The notes below the pieces were generated by a model that had not been told where the DNA came from, did no database searches, and worked only from the letters and a program-made list of their open reading frames with translations. A DNA stretch of 64,000 nucleotides from Nitrospirota bacterium (GTDB lineage Bacteria; Nitrospirota; UBA9217). The position numbers and the translations under genes are program-made. Shown here in pieces: positions 21,276-29,799 of this stretch. The first letter of the stretch is position 1; each line of letters begins with the position of its first letter. The stretch spans positions 256,001 through 320,000 of the forward strand of contig CAVVUN010000009.1 of NCBI GenBank assembly GCA_963751455.1, in the 5' to 3' direction.

Positions 21276-22172
21276 ATGAGACCGTTCAAGGAGATCAAGC
21301 ATAATTACCGGTTCACTGAAGAGGACGAGCGGCGCCTGGCCGGTCTCCGTCCCCTCATGCAAGCGCATGCGGACGAGGTGATGAACACGCTCAATGACTG
21401 GATCACGGGCACGCCGGGGGCCGCCCGTTTTTTTACCGAAGAAACGAGAAAAAAGCACGTATTTGACGCTCAGCGTGAGTGGTTCGAGACCCTTTTCTCG
21501 GGCACGTATGACAATAAATACCATGAAAAGTTGAGCAATATAGGAACGGCCCATGTAAGGCACGGCGTAGAAGCTCACTATATGAACCGCGCCATCAACC
21601 TTGTAAAGAATTCCTGCATCGGTATTCTGCAGAACCTCGACGAGGATAAGAAAACAGTGACCGACAAGATCATATCGGTTGGAAAGATCCTGGACATCAG
21701 CCTGGACGTCATTACCACTGCGTATATCGAAGAGGAAATACGGACGTATTCGCCGGTCTACAAGGTGAGAAGCAGGCTTATCGCTTTTTCCGAATTCTTT
21801 TCTCAAACGACCAACCTCCTGCTTGTGCTTGCCCTCATTGGGCTCACGCTGGGCGTTGTCTGGCTGTTCGCCCAGGACGTCTTGCTTCTCCTTTCCGGTG
21901 ATGTCGAGCGGGGAATCATATCCGCATTGGGCTCCATGCTGCTGCTCTGGCTCATGATCGAGCTCATGAATACGGAGATAGCACACCTCAAAGGCGGCAA
22001 ATTCCACATCAGCGTGTTTGTAGGGGTCGCCCTCGTGACCATGATCCGGGAGACTATGATCGCAACTTTAAAGCATGAAAGACCGGAATCGATATATTAC
22101 CTTATCGCGGCAATCTTCGTAATCGGCTTTGTATTCTGGATCGTTACCAGGGCTGAAGACCGTCAGAAATAA
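21276..22172 (+). CDS. protoglobin/globin-sensor domain fused to PsiE-like 4-TM domain
   Basis: FTEED..L, WF..LFSG.YD..Y...L..IG.AHVRHG; C-terminal TM bundle with IEL.., VALVTMIRE. Confidence 0.8.
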   Translation: MRPFKEIKHNYRFTEEDERRLAGLRPLMQAHADEVMNTLNDWITGTPGAARFFTEETRKKHVFDAQREWFETLFSGTYDNKYHEKLSNIGTAHVRHGVEAHYMNRAINLVKNSCIGILQNLDEDKKTVTDKIISVGKILDISLDVITTAYIEEEIRTYSPVYKVRSRLIAFSEFFSQTTNLLLVLALIGLTLGVVWLFAQDVLLLLSGDVERGIISALGSMLLLWLMIELMNTEIAHLKGGKFHISVFVGVALVTMIRETMIATLKHERPESIYYLIAAIFVIGFVFWIVTRAEDRQK

Positions 22173-22244
22173 CGACATCGTAGTATGATCTTCATCATAG
22201 CAGTTTTCCTTTTCTTGTGCCAAAATTAACAATAGAGGAGAATC

Positions 22245-22829
22245 ATGGATAATCGTCAGCCGGATTGCAGCGTGTCTGAGGAAGACCTTCGCGCGGCCCT
22301 GAGGGAAATGAAGTCCTATATGGACGTGACCGAAGAGGACCTGAAAAAGATCTACGCGATCGCGCTCAAACATGCCCGTGAACGGGCAGTCCTCCGTATC
22401 CCGGTAAAAGAAGTGATGACGACACCGGTCGTGTCCGTCTTCCGCGATGCCGGTCTGCATGAAGCAGCCCGCCTGCTGTCAGAGAACAGGATCAGCGGCA
22501 TGCCGGTGGTCGACAAGGAGAACCGCGTAATCGGCGTCATCAGCGAGGCTGATATCCTGATGCTTGCGGGGATGAGGGAGGGACATACCTTTCGCGACGT
22601 ACTTCGCAGGATCCTCGGGGAACAGGTGCCTGCAAAAAAGGCCGGAGATACCGTCGGACAGGTGATGAGTTTTCCTCCGATTACAGCAAAGACGGATGAC
22701 GAAGTGGATGAAGTTGCAAAGATTCTGGATGAACGAAGGATAAAGAGACTGCCTGTTGTTGACGATGACGGGAAACTCCTGGGAATTATCTCGAGGGCGG
22801 ATATTGTGAGGGCGATCGGGAGGAAATAA
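22245..22829 (+). CDS. CBS-domain protein
   Basis: Two CBS repeats (ISGMPVVD, IKRLPVVD..GIISRAD). Confidence 0.9.
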   Translation: MDNRQPDCSVSEEDLRAALREMKSYMDVTEEDLKKIYAIALKHARERAVLRIPVKEVMTTPVVSVFRDAGLHEAARLLSENRISGMPVVDKENRVIGVISEADILMLAGMREGHTFRDVLRRILGEQVPAKKAGDTVGQVMSFPPITAKTDDEVDEVAKILDERRIKRLPVVDDDGKLLGIISRADIVRAIGRK

Positions 22830-22878
22830 TCCAGTTCTGGCAGCCGCAGGCTTCAGCCTGCGCATCAACTGAAATTGC

Positions 22879-23424
22879 ATGACCATCAACGAATATATCT
22901 CAAAAATGAAAGGCGGGGGCAAGAGTCCGCCGGGGGTGCGATCTATCGAGCTTCTTTGGTCGTGGCTCGGCGCAGTGATGGGCATCGGCATTTGCGGGTA
23001 TATTTCATCCCAATATTTCGAACCACGTGAGCTTACTCTTCTGATCGGATCCTTCGGCGCTTCCGCAGTGCTTGTGTACGGCGCAGTAAAAAGTCCGCTG
23101 GCGCAGCCCAGGAACCTTGTGGGAGGTCATATACTATCCGGGATCATAGGGGTCGCATCGTACCAGGTGTTAGGCGATACGATCTGGCTGGCATCGGCAA
23201 TAGGGGTTTCTCTCGCAATCGTCGCGATGCTTGCCACGAAGACACTTCATCCGCCTGGCGGAGCTACGGCCCTGATCGCGGTCATAGGCGGGCCAAATAT
23301 ACACGGTCTCGGCTTTTACTATGCCATCCTTCCAGCGGGCGCGGGCGCAGTCATCCTGCTGATAGTTGCCGTGCTCGTGAACAACCTCTCAAAAAACAGA
23401 CGTTATCCTGAATACTGGATCTGA
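22879..23424 (+). CDS. HPP family membrane protein
   Basis: FGASAVL, SPLAQPRN..GGH, TLHPPGGATAL, YPEYW. Confidence 0.92.
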   Translation: MTINEYISKMKGGGKSPPGVRSIELLWSWLGAVMGIGICGYISSQYFEPRELTLLIGSFGASAVLVYGAVKSPLAQPRNLVGGHILSGIIGVASYQVLGDTIWLASAIGVSLAIVAMLATKTLHPPGGATALIAVIGGPNIHGLGFYYAILPAGAGAVILLIVAVLVNNLSKNRRYPEYWI

Positions 23425-23621
23425 TTTGAACCAAAAGGCAATACCGTATCCGCAGATGACGCAGATTTCTCAGAGCAGATCAGGGATATTTATTAATATG
23501 TCTGTGACGCACTCATTTTGTCATTCCGAGCCAAGCGAGGAATCTTGCTCTCCCAATCTTCTCCGAGGTGAGAGCGCCAAGGTAAGTGGCCTGACGGGCG
23601 GTTTGCCCAGAGTCTCGCAGT

Positions 23622-24420
23622 TCAGTTCCGGTATCGTACATCCGTTTCCGAAACCCAGATGGAACAAGCCTTTCCCCGTCCGAGTTCTTTGTTGCACGCT
23701 GCAAGGCACGCCCCGCAATTTACGCACGAGATGTCCCGCCTGCGCATCCGCGGGTTCACCTTCATAAAACAAGCCCGGTCGCAGCCTTTACAATCCGTGC
23801 ACGATGATGCCCGGGCAACGTCCATGTTGAGCTGAGCGAGACAGGGCTGACCCAGCCCGAACAGCAGCTGCATCAATCCAGCCGCACATATGAACTTGCA
23901 AAGCACATGTCGGACAAGTATCGAAGTGAGCAGCATATTGATCGACACTCCGATAATGCATGCCTTGACACCAAACGTGAAATCCCAGGTTGCGATCTGA
24001 TGAAATATGGTGGCGGGTGCAACGAGATAACCGGTGAGAGCAATCCCGCGCCTTTCCACCCCCGGCTCCCGCCGGGGGTGGAAAGCGCTCACTCGCGCGA
24101 GGCCCGATGAGCCTCGCGTTCGCGAGTTCGCAGTTCCGGGAGGTCGCGTTGTTTGAGGGAGCCACCGGCTCCTGCCGGTGAGGGCTCCACTGCCGCCTGC
24201 CGGCGGTATAATGACGATTGCAAGAATTGCAGCTATAACATAGGGAAGCCTATTCTTCTTCGAACCGTCAGAATCGTTGGAGTGTTTAGCGTACAGATTC
24301 CTTCTCGAGAAGACCGAGCGTCAGAATATCCGCGAGTTCGAACAAGCTTCCCTCGGGACACAGCCCGCCGCAGAATAACCGCCCCGTCAAGTGCCCGGAA
24401 CGTCATAAGAAGATTAGGGC
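23622..24420 (-). pseudogene. CcoG/NapH-type membrane polyferredoxin pseudogene
   Basis: GRLFCGGLCPEG at ~24350-24385, CKFICAAG, CTDCKGCDRAC, CVNCGACLAAC; contains a stop, a frameshift and a 143-bp insertion. Confidence 0.75.
24050..24192. mobile_element. 143-bp triple-hairpin element lacking terminal inverted repeats, with 4-bp CCGC direct repeats
   Basis: CCGC at 24046-49 and 24193-96; removing element plus one repeat restores ...VIIPPAGGIALTGY... Confidence 0.7.
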
Positions 24421-24625
24421 GGAAGGAAAGCAAATTGCAAAATGCAAATTTAATTTACCACGAAGACTAGAAGGCACGAAGAAAGACAAATCATTGACAA
24501 GCAAAATGCAAATAATTTCGGCCGCAAAATTTAAATCTTTATTCTTGCGCTTTCTGCGCATCTTTGCGGCTGAAATGCCTTTATTCCAGCTTGTCTGGTT
24601 TGCGGCTAATAGGACCGTGGTTCGT

Positions 24626-25015
24626 CTAATCGGATTTGACTACGCTTTTCTGCTGCAAGGACTTGAAGATCATATCGAGAACGTCCTTTTGTTTTCCCTC
24701 AAACTTGTTCAGCACAGCCAGGCAGCTTCCCATGGGAAACCGCTGATGCAGATAATCGGCATCGCGGCCTGAAAGGATAATGATCCGGTTCTTATTGATT
24801 CCCTTTGATGTGGCATACGAGAGAACTTTTCCGCCGTCAAGGCCGGGCATTTCAAGATCAACCAGCAGGAGGTCGAGGTCATTCGTGATCAATACGAGGC
24901 ATTTTATAGGATCATTGCAGGTGATAACATCAAGTCCCGGATAACGCTCCTCAACATATTCCTCAAGAATTCTTGAGAATGCCGGATCATCGTCGATTAA
25001 TAAAATCTTTCCCAT
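24626..25015 (-). CDS. single-domain response regulator
   Basis: ILLIDDD, LVDLEMPGLDG, IILSG. Confidence 0.85.
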   Translation of the reverse strand: MGKILLIDDDPAFSRILEEYVEERYPGLDVITCNDPIKCLVLITNDLDLLLVDLEMPGLDGGKVLSYATSKGINKNRIIILSGRDADYLHQRFPMGSCLAVLNKFEGKQKDVLDMIFKSLQQKSVVKSD

Positions 25016-25074
25016 GAGTGGTTCCTTTTAAAAAGAATGGCTAAGCAAGGGGCAATGTACTACTTTTGTATTCT

Positions 25075-25340
25075 TTAGGCAAGTATAATTAGAGCGAAGG
25101 CAGGAACTGCGAGGATCAAAGAGGATGCGGCCCACCACTGCGATTCAGGGTCGCTGCTCTTTCTTCTTTTTGCGGCAAGAATGGCGGCAGCAAGGCCGGC
25201 GAGGACACTGGCAAAGGCGATCACGACCGCGACCAATCCGCGCATGCGGCAAGTGAGCACATTGCCGGGATTGCGACCACGACAAAGAAGACAGTCGGTG
25301 AAACAGCGGGCAGTAGTATGTGTCGGATGAGAGGGGACAT
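25075..25340 (-). pseudogene. small membrane protein, frameshifted, probable former cassette gene
   Basis: MSPLIRHILLPAV.. joined by a frameshift to ..CRMRGLVAVVIAF..WWAASSLIL; preceded by GTTAAAG, ends GCCTAAA. Confidence 0.45.
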
Positions 25341-25428
25341 ACGTAACCCTTCAGAGGGCGGCTTTAACGCACGGGTGGACCGGCCGGTGAGCATTTTTGT
25401 ACGGCCTGTGCCTTTGCTTCTTTGTGTT

Positions 25429-25569
25429 ATGAAAAGCGAACACGTAATCAGGCCATTCAGGCCGTGAAAGAATTCGGTGGGAACCGGCGGTTTATCGTTT
25501 GATAGACCAGCCGATATGAAGGAGTGCCGTCAGGACGTTACGGGCTTTGGAGGAGGGCCATTGGCTCAT
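25429..25569 (-). pseudogene. hicA: HicA toxin pseudogene (premature TAA, truncated)
   Basis: Manual translation MSQWPSSKARNVLTALLHIGWSIKR*TAGSHRILSRPEWPDYVFAFH; ATGA overlap with hicB stop. Confidence 0.8.
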
Positions 25570-25766
25570 GCAGGCAGCGCAAAAAGCTCATCAAGTTCGG
25601 GAATGTTCTCCCCGTGATCCAGCCGATCTGCTATGATACGCAGTGCCAGTGCTTCAACTTTGGCAATTGCTTCTTCTCGTGTCTTTCCGTAAGCTAAAAC
25701 ACCCGGAAGATCAGAAACCTCGGCAATCCAACGACCATCTTCTTCTTTTTCAATATCTATCTTCAT
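25566..25766 (-). CDS. hicB: HicB-family antitoxin
   Basis: EKEEDGRWIAEVSDLPGVLAYGKTREEA. Confidence 0.9.
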   Translation of the reverse strand: MKIDIEKEEDGRWIAEVSDLPGVLAYGKTREEAIAKVEALALRIIADRLDHGENIPELDELFALPA

Positions 25767-25878
25767 TCTATTCTCCTCTGATGATAAATTTATCTGAATA
25801 TGGCGCTGATTGCAAGTCTAAATTTATCGTGGGCGGAGCGGCTTTTACACCTGGCTCGATCCGGATGAGACGACAAAA

Positions 25879-26440
25879 TTACGATTTAACCGCATAAGTT
25901 CCCTTGGGACTTAATGCACGCTTGTAATCTGAAATCGAGTGATATCCGTTCGCCGCAAGAATCAGGTCGTAACGCTGCCCATTTTGGGTGAAATCTTCTC
26001 TGGTGTAATCAATGACCTGGTCTGCGCCAATCGAGCGCACCATATCCAAATTCCTCGTACTGCACACGCCAGTCACTTTAGCTCCGAACGATTTGGCAAT
26101 CTGTACCGCAAACGTACCAACACCACCAGACGCACCATTAATCAAAACCTTTTGCCCTGGCTGAATCTGTCCTTTATCGCGAAGACCATGTAGGGCGGTG
26201 ACTGCCGCCACAGGTACGACCGCTGCTTCCTCGAACGATATATTGGCCGGTTTCAACGCCAATGCATTTTCACGGCACATACATACTCGGCAAAACCGCC
26301 CAAACCGCACTCGAATAAGTCCCCGAATACCTCATCACCCGGCTGAAACTGCCTTACGTTTCTGCCTACTACTTCCACCCGCCCCGCTATGTCAGATCCG
26401 AGTATCTTGTATTTTGGTTTTAGAAGCCCAGAGTGCAGGC
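25879..26440 (-). pseudogene. NAD(P)-dependent alcohol dehydrogenase/quinone reductase (MDR) fragment
   Basis: ILGSDIAG.V..VG, GGFAEY, VLINGASGGVGTFAVQIAK, ADQVIDY; both ends missing, frameshift. Confidence 0.8.
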
Positions 26441-26461
26441 GGGCCAAGAACGGGTCAGTTG

Positions 26462-26571
26462 GTAGGTTGGGTAGAACGAAGTGAAACCCAACGCTTTTTA
26501 GTTTTCAGATTACTCACCAATTGCCGAAACATTAAATCTGTCGGGTTTCGCAGCAGCTCTACCCGACCTAC
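26462..26571. repeat. inverted REP doublet
   Basis: GTAGGTTGGGTAGAACGAAGTGAAACCCAAC ... GTCGGGTTTCGCAGCAGCTCTACCCGACCTAC. Confidence 0.75.
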
Positions 26572-26682
26572 GAACTAATTTGTCAACATCAAAGATTCGA
26601 CCCCATGACCACGCATGACCACGTTAATCACCTTGTCCGATGTCAAGGGCAATCACTTTCTTGTTACGTTATTCTTACTACA

Positions 26683-29658
26683 TTAATTCTCAGGCTTCTT
26701 GACTGCTAAAAAATGAACGCCAGGTTCTGGCGGCACTAACCACGCGCCAATGGCCTCACCCTCTGTTGGTTGATAGCGATATGACTGGTGAGATTGAGCT
26801 GATGCCCCAATCTTCCAGCCATAACCCATCGATTCAAGCGTAAGCAACGGAGAAAACACGGCGTCATCTGTATCAACTAGACTGCGTCCGTTAAGATGGA
26901 ACGGGGCAATGCCTACTTGAGTGGCTTGTTCAGCCGCCGATAAGTTTCTCTTGCTTACCAGAGTGACATTTCGAGCGCGGAGTGATTTTAGCGCATCTGC
27001 TATTTCAAATTCCAATGTCTTAGGCGACTGTTGGAGACCATTTGCTTTTATGTGGGTTGTTTTACTTAACAGCAACCTTCTCATATGCAACAAATCGACC
27101 TGGGATTCGTTAACAAAGTCAAAGAGAATATTTAGTGGAATGTCACGCGAGTAAGGAAGCAACCCAATTTCGATATACGTTTGCTGTTCATTTTGAATTG
27201 CCGGAATGCAATTGGCCGCCTCGGTAAGTAATTGCTCCATAACTCCATGACCAGGACTTACACAGCCCACTCCTGAAGCAGGAACCAGAAGGAACTTTCC
27301 ACTCGCTAAAAAAGATTTCGCCTCAGTAATGAGAAATTTCATAACATCATTGGGCAACCATGAAGCATACCCCATCGCCATAAAGCGATGTCGTCCCGTT
27401 TTCGATTTCAATTCAGACCCGAGCGTTAATAGGTACCCAGCACCCCAAGGCCCAAACCAATTTCCATCGACCATGTGAAGAAACTTTCCAGATTTGGTTG
27501 GTCCTTTCCACAACAATAAGGTGAAATCTGCATATAAAGACCACAGTCTAAGCGCCTGCCTGATGTCCTCCAGTGATCGCACTTCGATTGTTACATTCAA
27601 TGAGTGTGGAAACGCTTGCAAGTTTCGGAGAATTTGTGCAAAGCAACCGCGGCCCCAATAGTCATAATCGAGCGCTGCCGCATTATAGTCATCTGCGGTA
27701 TCTTCCCACCATTTGACAACAGGGGCTACGGTCAATGCGTTTGCCTCATGTAAACTTAAAATGGGTTCTTCGCTAGGGTTTTCTATTTCTGAATCGCCAA
27801 GATAACGAGAAAAGCCTCTCGCTCGTTCAAGGGTCTCCTTAAAGACGTTTGGCCCTTGTCCTATGAGCGATATGTCAATTATTCGTTTGCGAAGTTCGAT
27901 GTTTGCTTCGACCCGCTTTATATAGTTTTCCTTGATTTTGCATAGCTTTTCATCTTCAGTCAAGCATTCGCCCAATTTAGTCATTGCGCTTTGAAGGCTA
28001 TCGTTCTGTCCGAGCTGTGAAGAATAATTAGCGATCAATCCTAATATTTCTAAATGAATATCCATTGGCACACTAATGCGCCCGGCAACCAAATGATATG
28101 CTTCTTGCGCCAATTCTAAAGCACGCTCAGTTTGCCCTTTGTCTGCAAGTGCCTCTGCCAAATTCATCTTAGCCATAAAGGAAGAATCGACCTCGGAGGC
28201 AAGATCTACGGCTATTTCAGCTTTTTCCACAGCTGTAGCTAAATCGCCTAACTGCCGCGAGATCACAGAAACCAACTGTGTAGTAGCGAACGTAATAGGC
28301 TCAGTCTCTGGTGACACAGCAATGTTCAAGAGTGATTTTGCTTTCTGTAGCGCCTCCTCAAGTCGTCCAGCTTGAAAGTTAACCAAAGCCACCGTGTAAA
28401 GTACGCCGGGTAGAAAGGCCTTACGTGTATCTGTTGAAACTTTGTCAGCTAAACGCAATGCCGCTTCAGACGCGGCTACTGCTGTACTATGACGTTTGGC
28501 GTGTGATGAATTATTTGCAACATTAATCAATTGCCCTGCAATACGCAGGGAGAGAAAGCTGTTACGCGCCGAAGCTTCCAACTCATGAATTCGAGATATA
28601 GCCGCATCTTCATCGCCTGACTTCACTGCCCAGTGAATCCCAGCGTTAAGGGCTGCTTGAAAAACCTCACCGTCAAGCATATCGGGATTGCGCTTTGCAT
28701 ATGTCTCAGCTAAGTTGAGATGCTCCTCGGCCTCACTAGAGCGGTTCGCATTGCACAGAAGATGTACGTACTCTGAACGGGCGACGCATAGTTGTTCGTC
28801 ACAACGCTCGATATTTGCAGGTAGGCTGGCCAATGCAATTGCTTCCAGATATGCAGATTCGGCCCCGTGAAAATCGCGCTTTTCCTCTAGATACGCACCA
28901 CGCGCTCGATGGTACATCACTAAAACGGGCACTTCCGTAATATCTTTATGCAAGGACTCAAGCCGTTGAAAGTAATATCCGCGATCACCTATGCCACCTC
29001 GGGCAGACGAAAGTAAGGATAGGCCAATTAGTACTTCAGCCTGTAAATGGACGAGCTTCTCAGTCTCAGCTATCACAAGTGCCTCTTCCATTGCCTCAAA
29101 TGCCTTACGTCTTTTGTCTTGATTGGCTAGTTCGGTCGCTCGCTTCAATAAAGAGCGTATTTTTGACTCAATTTGATTTGGCGATTTGGAAATTCCAAAT
29201 AGAGAAGATAGCTTCTCCGTCGTTAATTTTTCCAGTCGTTCCCATAGACCGTCAATTCCAAGGGCCTCGACACGAACGTCTGGGTTCACAGCGCTCAGCC
29301 GCGCTAATGTCTTTGCTGTAAGGTGCCCAACCTTGCCATCAGCGCTATTGTGAATAAACGTCCATACTTTGAGAGAACTACCAAGAGTGTCTTTTGCCTT
29401 ATTGAAGTCGGCTGCGACCTTGGAGGCCGTGCTACTATCAGTAGTGAGGCTAGGCGGGGCATAGAGTTGATAAACTCTTCCTTCTTTCAATGCCAACCCG
29501 TCGATGCCACCATCACCTCTTGTTACACGAATTGCCAAGAAGCAGTCTTCGCCGTGAAGAGCAATCGCAATTTTTTCAAACCAGTTTTGGAAGGCTTCCC
29601 CGTGAACACTGCGGAACTCTTCTCGATATTTAAGTTTAATGCCTTGTTCTAAGTCCAT
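26683..29658 (-). CDS. N-terminal restriction-endonuclease-like domain + TPR-like repeats + unknown C-terminal domain (991 aa; cassette gene)
   Basis: GEAFQ..F, GDGGIDG, VYQLYAP, K...DF.KA at the N-terminus; Ala/Leu-rich helical repeats aa ~165-600. Confidence 0.7.
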   Translation of the reverse strand: MDLEQGIKLKYREEFRSVHGEAFQNWFEKIAIALHGEDCFLAIRVTRGDGGIDGLALKEGRVYQLYAPPSLTTDSSTASKVAADFNKAKDTLGSSLKVWTFIHNSADGKVGHLTAKTLARLSAVNPDVRVEALGIDGLWERLEKLTTEKLSSLFGISKSPNQIESKIRSLLKRATELANQDKRRKAFEAMEEALVIAETEKLVHLQAEVLIGLSLLSSARGGIGDRGYYFQRLESLHKDITEVPVLVMYHRARGAYLEEKRDFHGAESAYLEAIALASLPANIERCDEQLCVARSEYVHLLCNANRSSEAEEHLNLAETYAKRNPDMLDGEVFQAALNAGIHWAVKSGDEDAAISRIHELEASARNSFLSLRIAGQLINVANNSSHAKRHSTAVAASEAALRLADKVSTDTRKAFLPGVLYTVALVNFQAGRLEEALQKAKSLLNIAVSPETEPITFATTQLVSVISRQLGDLATAVEKAEIAVDLASEVDSSFMAKMNLAEALADKGQTERALELAQEAYHLVAGRISVPMDIHLEILGLIANYSSQLGQNDSLQSAMTKLGECLTEDEKLCKIKENYIKRVEANIELRKRIIDISLIGQGPNVFKETLERARGFSRYLGDSEIENPSEEPILSLHEANALTVAPVVKWWEDTADDYNAAALDYDYWGRGCFAQILRNLQAFPHSLNVTIEVRSLEDIRQALRLWSLYADFTLLLWKGPTKSGKFLHMVDGNWFGPWGAGYLLTLGSELKSKTGRHRFMAMGYASWLPNDVMKFLITEAKSFLASGKFLLVPASGVGCVSPGHGVMEQLLTEAANCIPAIQNEQQTYIEIGLLPYSRDIPLNILFDFVNESQVDLLHMRRLLLSKTTHIKANGLQQSPKTLEFEIADALKSLRARNVTLVSKRNLSAAEQATQVGIAPFHLNGRSLVDTDDAVFSPLLTLESMGYGWKIGASAQSHQSYRYQPTEGEAIGAWLVPPEPGVHFLAVKKPEN

Positions 29659-29740
29659 CCGCTCTCCATGACGTATTTAGTCTATACATCTATACTGTAA
29701 AAAGCGCTTCAACGCTAATGTTCATCGTCAGCACAGGGAG

Positions 29741-29799
29741 GGGTAACATGCGGATGTGGGGCGTGATTCTCAACGACCCTTACGATCCGCTTGTTATGC
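29741..29799 (-). other. attC site (59 bp)
   Basis: Minus strand: GCATAAC AAGCGGATCGT...ACATCCGCAT GTTACCC; R'' contains the TAA stop of the upstream gene; extrahelical base in L''. Confidence 0.85.

Noticed and set aside
24050-24192. RtcB-dependent bulge-helix-bulge intron
   Set aside because: No BHB pairing evident at the junctions; flanking direct repeats point to DNA insertion
26600-26670. Complete attC after the 991-aa gene
   Set aside because: Only an R''-like ACGTAAC is visible; no convincing L'/R' arm, apparently truncated
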